A stretch of 63,060 nt of DNA, filler included, from Reclinomonas americana ATCC 50394 (Eukaryota): NCBI GenBank assembly GCA_048213135.1. It is 21 parts of 21 records of this genome, joined end to end, with 100 filler letters (N's around TTAATTAATTAA, not from the genome) between each part and the next. Parts side by side here need not be neighbours in the genome. Positions count along the whole stretch, not along the records: positions 27,089 to 30,224 come from AFZH01020142.1; positions 30,325 to 31,987 come from AFZH01020143.1; positions 32,088 to 34,485 come from AFZH01020144.1; positions 34,586 to 35,998 come from AFZH01020145.1; positions 36,099 to 37,377 come from AFZH01020146.1; positions 37,478 to 41,399 come from AFZH01020147.1; 15 more parts are not named here. One strand, written 5' to 3'. A program made the position numbers and the translations under genes. The notes below the pieces were generated by a model that was not told the origin of the DNA, made no database searches, and saw nothing but the letters and a program-made list of their open reading frames with translations. Below are positions 28,502 to 40,500 of the stretch, piece after piece. Within the stretch, counting starts at the first letter, position 1. Every line of letters starts with the position of its first letter.

Positions 28502-29621
28502 CGTGGAGAAGTACGGAGAAGCGACGAAGAAAGAATGGAGCGCCCGTTGTTGGGAAGGAAGGGTAGAAGGAAACAAGAGTAGAGAAGTGGAGAAGGCGAG
28601 AAAGAGGAGATGGCAATGTGGGTTGACGATGTTTTTTGGAAGCGAGTGCGGAACTTGCAAAGTTGAGCAGAGAAGTAGAGACGGAAGACGATGCGAGAAG
28701 ACAAAAGAGTAGATAAGGCCAACTTCCTTTCCTGTTGTCAGTTGGAAGCAGGTAGCGAATAACAGAGGCGAGTAGACACGGGCGTCTGCACATGCCTGTT
28801 GTTGCTAGAAGAGACGAGAAGTGGAAAATGACGGGAGGGAGTGAGGTTGAGGGGAGGGAATGGAGTGTCCATATGCTGCTGTTGATTTGGGGAAGAGAAG
28901 GAAGAGTGGAAAACGTGAGGCGAGAAGTAAGCGATGGGAGACAGCCGACAACAACAAATAATGCAATGATAGAAGAAACTTGCACTGAGCATGCACAACA
29001 ATGAGCATCTAACAGTGATCGCCAGCAAGTCTTGTGTGCTTTCCTTCTCCACATTCTCCTCCACATCGCTTTAATACAGCTCACTCTCTCCCTCCCTTCT
29101 CCCTTCCCTCTCCCTTCTCCCTTCTCGCCTTCGCCTCCAAAGGGCTCCCTGTTGCCGGCCTGCTCAACATCTACGGCATTCCGAAACCATCGTACCGCGC
29201 CTTCCAACTTCTGCACTGGACCGGCGACAAGCTGCTCGCCACCACTCCCGACTTCATGTCGCACCCGTCGGTGGGTGTCTTTGCTGTCGGCGGCAACGGC
29301 ACGTCGGTGTTTGTCGTGAACTGGAATGTGAAGAACCAGACGCCGCCACAGCCGCAGTCGGTGCAGGTGACGGTGCGCGGTCTGCCTGCCACTCCCACCC
29401 CCAAGGCCGTGGCCTACTACATTGACGAGCACAGTGCGAACGCGCTGCCGACGTGGATCAAGATGGGCCGCCCGCCGTACTTGTCGCCGGCGCAGGTCGC
29501 CGTGCTGCAGGAGGCGTCGGAGATGCAAGCCGAGCCGCTGGGGTTGCAGATCGACTCCGGTGGCGTGACATTCACCGTCACTGTCGCCTCGAATGCGCTT
29601 GTCAACGTAGTTATTCGATGA
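27089..29621 (+). CDS. Glycoside hydrolase family 39 beta-xylosidase-like (5' end in gap)
   Basis: FDFLVSIGMRPL|VEIGFMP, NVTPPRDWNQW, WNFEVWN|EPN (acid/base), RVGGPA, DFISTHEYPTD, IYYTEY (nucleophile), SWWPFSDLFEE, GLLNIYGIPKPSYRAFQLL, WIKMGRP. Confidence 0.92.
28436..28500. repeat. (GTT)n microsatellite in a GH39 intron
   Basis: About 21 perfect GTT units. Confidence 0.95.
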
Positions 29622-30556
29622 GTGTAAGCCAACAACAACAACAACACCACTGCGCCTGTGGTCAACGTCGCCTTCAACCCTCAGTCCTCTTGTTTCTCAC
29701 TGTGCGGCCACCGGTCAGTGGCTGTCACAGTGTTGCAATCCTGCTGATGCAACAACAACTTACTGCGCCTACCACCAGCCACCACCGATATGAGCCTCAC
29801 CAACAACATGACAAGCTCTCTCCTGTTTCAACCACGCCACCAACGTACGATCGCGACACCACCACTGCTTGCTTTTGCTATAAATTTGCCTGGTTCACGG
29901 ATCCGGACCTGGCTTTGCTTTATTTGCCTGGCTTATGGCCCTTTCCCGAATTCGATGTGCCCTGTATGATCGCAGAGCTCTAGAAAACGCTATTCGTCTA
30001 TTCAAGTGCATCAAATCCACTGGTCAACCACGCTTATGCGGTGTGCAGATCGCAGTTCTATAGATCTCGACTTGTTCGGAGCTCCGAGAGCGAACACACA
30101 CACGCAAGAAACCTGCTGCTGCCTCAAGATTGGTATTTGTGTTGATGTTTTTGGATACGGTCGAACTTGGTCATCAAGACAACCAGCTGTTGCTTGTTTG
30201 TTGGTGAATGAATTTTTTGTTGTTNNNNNNNNNNNNNNNNNNNNNNNNNNNNNNNNNNNNNNNNNNNNTTAATTAATTAANNNNNNNNNNNNNNNNNNNN
30301 NNNNNNNNNNNNNNNNNNNNNNNNAAAGGAAGGGGAGGGAGGGGAGGAGACGGGGGAAAAGGGGAGAGAGTGACAGCGTGAAATGGTGCATTAGTGACGC
30401 AAGGCAGGGTTCAATGGGTGAGAGAGAAGCAGGAGGGAAGCATGGAGAGCGTGAACTGCTGGAGGGGAGGAAGATTTGGAATGTGGAGGTTGCTGAGCAG
30501 AGTGCAAGGAGAGTAAGTCAGCTCGTAAGCAGAGCAGCGTGCTGTTATTATTGCAC

Positions 30557-30846
30557 CTCTTCGTGGTGTCTCTTCTGGATGACAGCAACAACGGGGGCAG
30601 TGCGTTTGTTCACCGACTGCATCTTGCTGTCATTGTTGCACTTTCTTCGCACCCTCCATGGCGTTTTCTCTGAGACGTGGGCGACGCGATGTGCTGGCAT
30701 TTTCGCATCGTCTTGACTTTCTTTGAATCTCTTCGTGGTGTCTCTTCTGGATGACAGCTACAACGGGGGCAGTGCGTTTGTTCACCGACTGCATCTTGCT
30801 GTCATTGTTGCACTTTCTTCGCACCCTCCGTGGCGTTTTCTCTGAG
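30557..30846. repeat. ~118-bp direct repeat (2 near-identical copies)
   Basis: CTCTTCGTGGTGTCTCTTCTGGATGACAGC..CGCACCCTCC.TGGCGTTTTCTCTGAG at ~30557 and ~30729, probably in a Vti1 intron. Confidence 0.9.
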
Positions 30847-31459
30847 GGAAAACCACGTCGGCGACACGATGTGCTGTCATTTTTGCTCTTTCTTCGCTTC
30901 TATTCTTGGCGTCTTCTATGAATGACAGCCGCCATGTTGGCTGTGCATTTGTTCGCTGGCCGCAGGGTGCTCTGATATCCTTTCGCTTGACGCCTTTCTG
31001 ACACCTCTTTGTGACGTCTCCTCTGACTGACACCCACGTGAACAGCGCTGCTGTATTGTGTCATTTCGCATCGTGTATGCTATCCTATCTGGGTGACAAT
31101 CGCTTGGGCGATTGCACTGTGCTCTCATATCCTGTCGTGCTCACCTTCTTTGCCCCTCTTCGTGGCCTAGAAGACCACCACTTGAGCTGCTGCTGCTGTA
31201 TCCTGTGATCGTGCGTTTTATCCAGTCGTGTTCACCTGCATCTCTTCTCTGAATGACAACCAGTTGGTCGATTCTCGTATCCTCTCGTGTTCACTCTCAT
31301 CGCACCTCTTCGTTCGTGTCGTCTCCTCAAGGAGACCATCTTCTTCACCTCCGTCACATCGCGCTATGTGCTATTCTTCTGTCCTATCACTCCACCCTCG
31401 CCATCCTTCGCGTCTCTCTCCTCTCATCTCATCGCTCACCGCCGTGCCCGACCCCACAG

Positions 31460-31609
31460 ATTGACGAAGCCGACCTGCACTACACACGAGCGTCGGGCAT
31501 CATGGGCCGCATCGCACAACGCATGAAGACCACCAAGTGCATCATCTGGCTCATCATCATCTTGCTGCTGGCTGTCATTGGCGTCATTGCATGGCTCAAG
31601 TTCCGGTAG
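31460..31609 (+). CDS. VTI1: Vti1-like Qb-SNARE, terminal exon only
   Basis: After a CAG acceptor: IDEADLHYTRASGIMGRIAQRMKTTKCIIWLIIILLLAVIGVIAWLKFR*, i.e. SNARE-motif end, tail-anchor TM and ..KF terminus typical of Vti1. Confidence 0.7.
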   Translation: MDEADLHYTRASGIMGRIAQRMKTTKCIIWLIIILLLAVIGVIAWLKFR

Positions 31610-32089
31610 CCGGTTCATCATTCGCGTGCGTGCGTGCTTGCGTATGTTTGTGTGTGCGTTGGGGATTTTTTGCTTCAGGAGTTTGTGAGCAGCATTCGCT
31701 TTATCCTTCTTTTCAACTGCTTCTATTCTTCAGCGATCAAGGAGTGTATCTTTTGTCTTTTTATCAAAAGCACAGTTTGGGAGAGAAGAAGAGAGAGCAC
31801 GTGTGGAAGCTGAGAAGTGTACAAAGCGCCACCCACCGCCGGCAATGAGCCCTCGTGAGCGATTCGTACGCGCGGAGGTGACATTGAAGCAATGGATGCC
31901 GACGTCATGGCCTCGGGCGTTCATCGGAGCCAGGTTCGTGTATTTTCTTCATCGTCAAGTGGTGCGGGCTGGTGCTCACTCTTGCGCNNNNNNNNNNNNN
32001 NNNNNNNNNNNNNNNNNNNNNNNNNNNNNNNTTAATTAATTAANNNNNNNNNNNNNNNNNNNNNNNNNNNNNNNNNNNNNNNNNNNNGT

Positions 32090-32151
<62 letters not shown>

Positions 32152-32408
32152 GGCTGTGGTTGGCGATTGTGTTGAGTCTGCATTCTGCGTGTGAGCTCCT
32201 TGTTTTGTTGTTTTCTGACTGTTTTTTCTCTCCTTTACCTTGTAATTGTGACTTCTCTTGCTTGCTGTGGCTCTCGTTTGCCTCTCCTTCCTCACTCGCC
32301 GTCACGCGACTTTCGTGTTGTGTCACTCGATTTTGTGTTGTGTAAAGTGCGCATTACAGATCGTCATTCTCCGAAGAGCGCAGAGCTCCGTTTCTCTCTG
32401 CGACGAAG

Positions 32409-34597
32409 ATGGCCTCGGCGGCTGGCTTCTCAGTCGCTGACCGCGACAGCGTGCTCTCGGCCGGTGAGTTCACGCAGTGCAGAGATGCTCCCCACTGGGA
32501 ATGCTCAACGTCATTGTTTTGTTGCTGCAGATCTTTACGACATTCCGCTCAATTATTTGAGCTCATGGTGCACAGACTGCACTTGTATGGTGCAGGGCCA
32601 ATCGTTCTGCGATCCACAATTGACAATGCAGCTGTATGTCAGTTGCGCAGCATGCGTGGAGGCCACCGACGAAGCCAGATTGGCGGTTGCAAGAAACGAT
32701 TTGCTCCACATCATCGTCCGCTGCTGCATTACGAAGGGTGTGTCTTGGCCTGCCTGTTCCTCTTTGTTTCTTTCGGTGATCTACCGGTGACCCACTCTCG
32801 TGCCTCGCAGAGCGTGTACTGCGGTTGTACACGATACATCAGATAACAGTCTTCATGCATGCTTTTGACAAGGAGTCCCAGACGTACGGCGAGTTGGCGG
32901 CCTGCAAAAGGACACTCCAGGGCCTGTCCGTGGAGCCCGACTTGTCCGTGCGAGAGCAAGTCCGCGCCGATGTGCGGCGTAAGGTAGATGGCCTGTTTGG
33001 CGTACCAGTTGAAGACGACGGTATCATGCGTATGAGCTACCATTTGGTGTGCTTCGTGAGAGCGACTCATTCGTGATGCAATGTGCTGTAGCAATGACGG
33101 ACATCAGCGGTTTCTATCTATCCAAGCATCCGCTGCGAGTCGAGCTCACTGTCGAGCACTTGTTCAACTACATGCGAGATACTGACGAGGAGCATGCATT
33201 CAGTGCCGAGCGGATGAGCAGCCTGGTGAAAGGTTTGTCGAGATGCAGATGAGAGAGGTGGTTTTGTGGTTTACTCATGGTATCTTAATGACTTTCACTC
33301 GGGCAGGCCTGTCGTACTCAGCTAACAAGCTCGCGCTGCAAGCGATCGAGCAGCTGCGACCAGACACAAGTGCGACTACGGGTGCGGGTGTGCCGTTGCT
33401 CGTAAACATTGTGCGGGAGTTTCCCGATGCTGTACGGACGCGTCTGGCGGCGTGCCAGGCAGAAGTCACCAGACTTCTCCACTTCGATGTGAATCGTGCA
33501 AGGTCAGAGGAGTCCTCTCTCTCTCTATCCGTATTACTTCTGACTTGTCGTGTTGGTGATGATGGGTGCAGCAACGATGATCATGCAGAGGACGTGCTCG
33601 CATATGATCTGCAGTTGTTTATGCATCCGGCGATGCAGTACACGATGTCTGATCTTGGCAGACGTGGTTCGTCGGCCTTGCTGTATCGTTTGACAATGAC
33701 GACGTCTCACTTTTTCGCTGCAGGGTATGTGGGCCAGTGCACCAAGAAAATGTGCGAGCTTGCGTTTACGGCAAACTTTGTACAAGTTCTGGACGCTGCG
33801 TTGGCGTTTGCGAGTCATCGGCTTGAGTTGGCGGCGGACGCTGCTCGCGTAGGCGAAGGCTTCGACGCCACGACAGCTACATCTGTTGCTGGTGATGTTG
33901 TTGAGGAGGGCCTGGCGAGCCTTGCTGCACCCGAAGCCGACTCGCTGATTCGCGTTGGTCACGGAGACCCGTTTCCATGGGGTTAGTGTGTGAGAGAATG
34001 CGCATGTCCCTGTGCGTTTCGAGACTCTCACATGGCGATGTTGCCGGTTGTAGAGTCAGCGAAGAGGGTGACAAGCACCACCAACGTGCTTGGTGTCGAA
34101 TTCATGAATCCGGAGCAAGGAGGCTTTGGATCATCGGCTGCGCCTACGCAGAATTGTGACATGTGCGTGGGCGTCGTTCGTGGATCTGCCGTCGTTGACC
34201 TGCCGTTCTTTGTTGAATGCAAGGCTGGAGCATCGCACCTGAAGTTTCGTGCACCGCAGCAACTTTCTGTGCCATGCGTCTTGTTTTTTTTCCTGACTGG
34301 CTATATGTTGCAGGAAGCATTGCGCAAAGGTGCAGAACCAGTTTCCCTCTCGTCAAGCATTCGGTCAAGCGGTGGCGGCGCTCGACTACGCACTTGTGAA
34401 TGAGCACCTCAGGCTGCATGGCGCGAAGTCGAGTGCGATGCTGTTGAACTCGCTGCTCAACACGTCGACACGCCACCCGGACTGTNNNNNNNNNNNNNNN
34501 NNNNNNNNNNNNNNNNNNNNNNNNNNNNNTTAATTAATTAANNNNNNNNNNNNNNNNNNNNNNNNNNNNNNNNNNNNNNNNNNNNCGTCGTGTGTGC

Positions 34598-34671
<74 letters not shown>

Positions 34672-34905
34672 TGTTTGTGTACTGTTTGTTGACTGCAACT
34701 CCGTCTTGCTGTGCAGTTGGTAGCATGCAGTCTCTACTCGCTGCATATTTGTTCATCGCTGAAGAGGCGGTGAAGAATGTTGACGTACTCAAGAAGTATT
34801 CTTCGAACACGTCAGTTGTGCCTGTCGCTGCGGCAGCGCATGTAGAAAAGACCATTCACTTGTTTTCGGCAAGTTTCGTGCTGTTATTGATTCCGCGCTT
34901 GCCTA

Positions 34906-34944
<39 letters not shown>

Positions 34945-35829
34945 ATCATTTTCTTGCGACCATTGTGCAGCGCCTAAACACGCACCCACGCCGTTTGTGC
35001 GCAAGACGCTCTCGAATGTCAGCAGACGATTAAACGAGGCGCAAGTAATCGACGTGCTGTGGAAGCACGTGGAAGAGGAGTCGCTTGTGCGCCGCTGCGT
35101 GGTGCAGGTGGTGGAGTACGATCGAGTGGCGCAGACGATGTGGATGCCGCGCTATCCGTGCGACTCGCTGGTGACGATGGACGATTTGGTGAACTACACG
35201 TACACGCTGCTGTTGGCGTTGCAGCACTGCCACGAGAATATGGTTGTGCACTGCGACGTGAAGCAGACGAATGTGCTGTTCGACCGCGTGCTCAAGTGCA
35301 GTCGGCTGATCGACTTTGGTCTGTCGCGAGTGGTGACGGCCGACGAACCCTACGTCAGTGGCACATTCGGCACACGTGGATACATGGTTCGTGCGTTCGC
35401 GCCACAGCGTGTGTTGGATAACTGACGCGTTTCATGCAGGCGCCAGAGACTGAGGGCGTCGACTTTGACGTGTACTGTGGTTTCGAGAGCGACATTTACA
35501 GTGCCGGTGTGACGATTGCCAGTGTGGCCATGGGCCATGCGGACCGTGCACCGGACGTCATGTACACGTGGTTGGATCCGCTGGAGCGCGTGGAGGGGGT
35601 GTTGAGGGCGTTGTGGATTTATCCGCAGCGGTGGGCGGCGACGGCGGACGAGTGGCGTGCCCTGCTTGATCTGTTGGAAGGCATGATGGCGTTCCGCGAC
35701 TACGACCGCTTGACTGCAAGCGAGGCTCTGGAGCATCGTCTGTTTGCGAGTTGCCGGTGCCATATGCATCACGTGGAGGCGAAGCAAGCAGTGGCTCCGA
35801 CAAGTGCGGCGTCGGACTCGTCGGCATGA
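32409..35829 (+). CDS. Multi-exon protein: helical N-region + PD-(D/E)xK REase-like domain + protein kinase (Crinkler/CR-effector-like); crosses a gap
   Basis: Spliced ORF from MASAAGFSVADR; ..NCDMCVGVVRGSAVVDLPFFVECK (~34155-34223) ..QAFGQAVAALDY; after the gap, kinase FVRK..E..HCDVKQTNVLFD..LIDFGLS..GTRGYM|APE..SDIYSAGV..RLTASEALEH. The kinase is certain; fusion across the gap is inferred. Confidence 0.65.
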
Positions 35830-36098
35830 AGCAGCATTGGTGGGCAGGAACAGCCACAGAACAAGGCATGTGATGCGTTGTGAAGCGAGGGATTGTTCTC
35901 ATGCTCAACATCGACTTGCAGATGCCAGGCGACACACGAATGCCAGCGTCTGGTGATCGTCATGAATGAATGAAGAAAAGCAGGGAGATGGAAGAGAGNN
36001 NNNNNNNNNNNNNNNNNNNNNNNNNNNNNNNNNNNNNNNNNNTTAATTAATTAANNNNNNNNNNNNNNNNNNNNNNNNNNNNNNNNNNNNNNNNNNNN

Positions 36099-36850
36099 GC
36101 TGTACTCACTCGGGCCTCTGGAGGAGAACAAGGGCAATCTGTACAGGTGCCTACTGCTGCTTCTCTTTTTCCTTCGCCTTGGCCCCTGCCTTTGACTCCT
36201 GCATGCAGTTTGCGTGAGCCCACCAATGCCGATGTGCAGGCCGGTGCAGTGCGCGAGTCGGTGGGCACTGTGGCGACGACCACTCTCGACTACTTTACGA
36301 TGCACGATCGTGACGCCAAGCAGCTGTTGGAGGCCGGCAAGGCCTACTTTTACATCAAATCCGACACGGAAGGCTGGGAGATGCAGGTGGCGCGTGGCAT
36401 GGAGCAGCTGATTCGTGATGGTCGAGTGCACATGGTCAGCTTTGAGTATGGCGCCATGTGGAATGGAGGTGCGTTGGCGGGGAGAGTGCGTGTGGCCGGC
36501 GCCACTACTCGCTGATAACGGCATTTTCAGAATTCCACGCTCTGGGCGTGGTGTGGGGTCGCGAAAAGACGCGCGTGGTGGGTGATTTGCCGTCGCTTAC
36601 GCTGCGCGAGTTCCAGGCCTACATCGACTCACTCGGCTTCGAGTTGTACGTGGTGGCCGACGGCCTCATGCTGCCCGTCTCCGGTCTGTGGTGGCAGGAT
36701 GCGTACGAGCTGTGCATCGATCCCGAGACCAACATGGGACTGCGATGGTGTGTGGTCGATCTACTGGCCATTCGCAAGGGCAGTCCGCTGCAGGGTGCCG
36801 TCATGCAGGCCTGGAACACCGACTTGCAATGGTGGGTCGATGCGGAATGA
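36099..36850 (+). CDS. FkbM-family SAM methyltransferase (5' end in gap)
   Basis: VATTTLDYF..YFYIKSDTEGWEMQVARGM..VHMVSFEY | ..IDSLGFELY; KxDxEGxExxVxxG is the FkbM signature. Confidence 0.8.
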
Positions 36851-37054
36851 TGATATTAGTAATAACGGATTTTGAGGGAAAGGGGGTGGGGGGAGGGAAG
36901 GAGGAGGGGAGGGGAAGGGGGAGGAGGAGGAGGAGGGGGAAGAGAAGGACAAGAAGAAGAAGAAGAACAACAACAACAACAACACGAAGAAGAAGAAGAA
37001 GAGAATGAGGAGGAGGGGTGGGGGAGGAGTGAGGAGGAGAGCCCTTCGCACAGC

Positions 37055-37477
37055 ATGGTTGCACGGCTGATCGATCGCCAGCATTCGATGTCGTTGGTGG
37101 AGGAGGCCACCGTATCGATAGCAGCTGCACTGTTGTTGTTGGTCCTCTTTTCCCTGTTGCATATAATACTGCAGCTCTTTAGCCGGGTCTCCCAAATCCC
37201 TCTCGCCTTCGGCTCGACGTCGCTGGCGAACGAATTCGAAGCTGCGCAACAAGTAAAGAGACGCAAGTGTTGAACGAGTCCTTCCACTACACTCTCACAC
37301 GCACCAACACACGCTGCTGCACTTCAGTTGTCGCCAGTCTCCACACGTGTCATAAACGTCGCCGTTCGTCCTGCCGANNNNNNNNNNNNNNNNNNNNNNN
37401 NNNNNNNNNNNNNNNNNNNNNTTAATTAATTAANNNNNNNNNNNNNNNNNNNNNNNNNNNNNNNNNNNNNNNNNNNN

Positions 37478-37514
<37 letters not shown>

Positions 37515-40500
37515 AGTACACACACACAACTCGATCACGTTGCACAGTGCTGCAGCATTGGCGGAGTATCTATTTTCCGGTAAAACGCAATGATACTGCA
37601 GGAGGGGAGCGATTACCGGGCGACGCCGTTGAGGCACTGGCAGCGATCGCGAGGAATCACACTGTTGCTTCCGCTGCTGCTGCATCGTTGCGAGAGGTGA
37701 ATGGAACGGCGATCAATGGCACGGATGCGACAAAGGGCAAGAAGGGAAAGACGGCGGAGCAGAAAGTGGACGATGCGTTGCTGGCGTCGCGGTTTCGTGA
37801 CAATGACGAGCTGAAGTTCTCGTTGCGGAGCGTGGAAAAGTATGCACCGTGGGTGCGGCGGATCTACATTGTGACGAACGGTCAGATACCTGCGGTGAGT
37901 GTGCGACGTCGTCTTGCGAGCGATCGGAGTGGTGATCCGTTTGATTGATTGATTGATTGCCTGCAGTGGTTGAACATCGATCACCCTCGGGTGCGCGTTG
38001 TCACGCACGATGAGATCTTTCTCGACAAGTCGCATCTTCCCACATTCAGCAGCCCCGGTATCGAGTCGCATCTGCACAGAATACCAGGTGTGTGTTTGTC
38101 AGAGAGGTCCGAGTGTGTCTGCCTGCCTGACTCATTTTTTCCTGCTATCAAGGTCTGAGCAAAAAGTTCATCTACCTCAACGACGATGTGTTCTTTGGCG
38201 AGGAGATCTGGCCCGAGGACTTTTACACGCACTCGAGGGGGCAGAAGGTGCCTGAGAGCGCAAGCACCCTCTCGGTTTATTCCTCCATTCTCACCACATC
38301 ACCTCCGCAGGTCTTCATGTCGTGGACGGTGCCCACGTGCGTTCCCGGTTGCCCGCTGACGTGGTTGGGCGATGGTTTTTGCGACACGGCGTGCAACAAC
38401 ACGTTGCGTCGCGGCGTGCCAGACATTCGTTCCTTCTTTCCTCAAGAGCCATCTGTTTGTGCAGTGCATGCGGATGGGATGCTGGCGAGTGTCTGGGTGT
38501 CAACGTGACCGTGCGATCACGATTCTCGAGTTGGACAGGCAGCAGCAGTTGCGTATTCTTGGTCAACGTTGGGCATGGTTGTCAGTTGCTCACTACGATG
38601 TCTGCGCAGCCTCAAACTGGGCGGGCGCCAGTCGCAACTCGAAAAAGTACTGTACCATTGGGTGCCCGGATTCGTGGCTTGGCGATCGCTACTGTGATCG
38701 TGCCTGCAATCGCCTCGAGTGCGCGTTTGACGCGGGCGATTGCGGCACCATTGATGTGCACGACTACATGCCAGGATACCAATTACCTGCCGAGGTGCGC
38801 TTCTCGCTGTCTCTCCGTGGTCACTTTGCAGAATGCTCACTTCCCTGCTCTAACGGCAGGGTGGCTCTCTGGTTCTATGTGCCAACACGCCCTCCTTCTA
38901 CGTCAACCTCACGTCGGCGTTCCCACACAAGCTCACTTCCGGCAGCCACGACAACAAGTCGGTGGTTCGCACGTCCACCATTTCGCAAAAGTTCAAAATC
39001 ATGACCGTGACGGTGTTCCCGGAGACGGCTGCTGGCGATGTACGTTGGCAATACCTTTGTATTTTGTGGTGTTGTGGAGGAGAGACTCAGGCGAATCTTC
39101 GTCGCAGGATGTTGCATTTGAGATCAGTGGCGAGGATGTGCCCGGGCACTCGATCATGTCACGACTGAACATTACGTTTGTCAGCGCCAATGCCACCGAC
39201 GGTATGTTCATCCACATCCTCTTGTTAAGGATTCGAAATGACTTATTCCACCGCCTCGTAGTGTGCGTCAAGGCGCTGTACTCGCTGCCGCCCAATTTCG
39301 TTCCGCGCGGTGTCAAGGTCCCATCGTCATCCTCGTACTCCAGCTATTCGAGCCATTCGGCGTCTCCACCGACTCCGCCGCCTCCACCACCGCCACCGTC
39401 ACCATCATCAACACCAGTGCCACCGTCGCCGTCGGATGCGCTCACGGACATTGGAAGGTCACGCAGAGGAGCAGTGCCCAATCTGTACAATCAACCAAAT
39501 GGTAAGTTGCCTGTTCTGACTGCGCGACAATGCTTCATAGATCGTCATCTCACTCGTTCCTCCCTTACTTTGCCGTGACAGCGGGTCCATACACCCCAGG
39601 GCCGTCGTCTCGGCGATCGCGATATGAACCTCCACCACCCGTGCGACCACCGCCACCATCGCTGCCTGCGGTCGACATATCGCCGGCCGAACTCAGTGAC
39701 ATTTTGGCGAGAGCGCGTATTGAGCTCATGAGGCAGTTGCGCAACTCAACAACCGCCGCCACGAGTGCCATGGACGCCGTGCTATCGCACATCGAGGATA
39801 CGCTGCAAGAGTCGTCGACGGAGGACACGTCAGCTGCCGTGCACGCCGCGGTCGCCACCAACTCAACCACTGTTGCTTCTCCGCCGGCGCCGGTGGTGCC
39901 GCCAACGGACGATGCTCGACCACCTCCGCGCACGCTGCCTCCCGCGTCTGTGGCGGCACCAGACCAGCATGTGGATGACAACGACAGTGGTGCGACGGTT
40001 GGTGAGCAGCAAAGTAGCGAGACGGCAGAGACGGCCGAACGGCTTCCGCCGAGGATGTTGCCGCCGGCCACCTCATCAACAACCACATCCCCGTCTCTGA
40101 CATCGACAGACGACGCTCCAGACGTGGCGGAAGATGACTCCGCGCCCGAAGCAGCGTCGACCGACAGCCATGTGGAAGAGGAGAAGGAAGAAGAGGAGAA
40201 AGAGACGACGACTGCGACGGAAAAGGAGGAGGAACATGAGGTTACTGCGACAGACGTGGGCGGCGAGGGTACCGTGGAGCAGCACGCCGACGATGTGGAA
40301 CCGGCCGCCATTGAGGCGGAGGTGGAGCAGGAGGCGCGCGAGGACGCAGAGCAGCAGGAGCAGGAGGAGGAGGAGCAGCGGGAGGAGGAGGCGCAGGCGG
40401 CCGAGGCGGCCTCCGCCGAGGATGCTGCTGTTGATGAAAGTGATTCGACGGAGCCCCCAGATTATGCACACGAGCTGCGGCGTCGCCACTTGCGACTGCG

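Noticed and set aside
28215..29528. 437-aa minus-strand ORF with poly-N, and an overlapping poly-Q/poly-T ORF
   Set aside because: Antisense to a GH39 exon and intron; the homopolymers come from the (GTT)n microsatellite.
29748..29983. Small ORF (MQQQLTAP..) downstream of GH39
   Set aside because: No motifs or splice support; may be UTR or intergenic.
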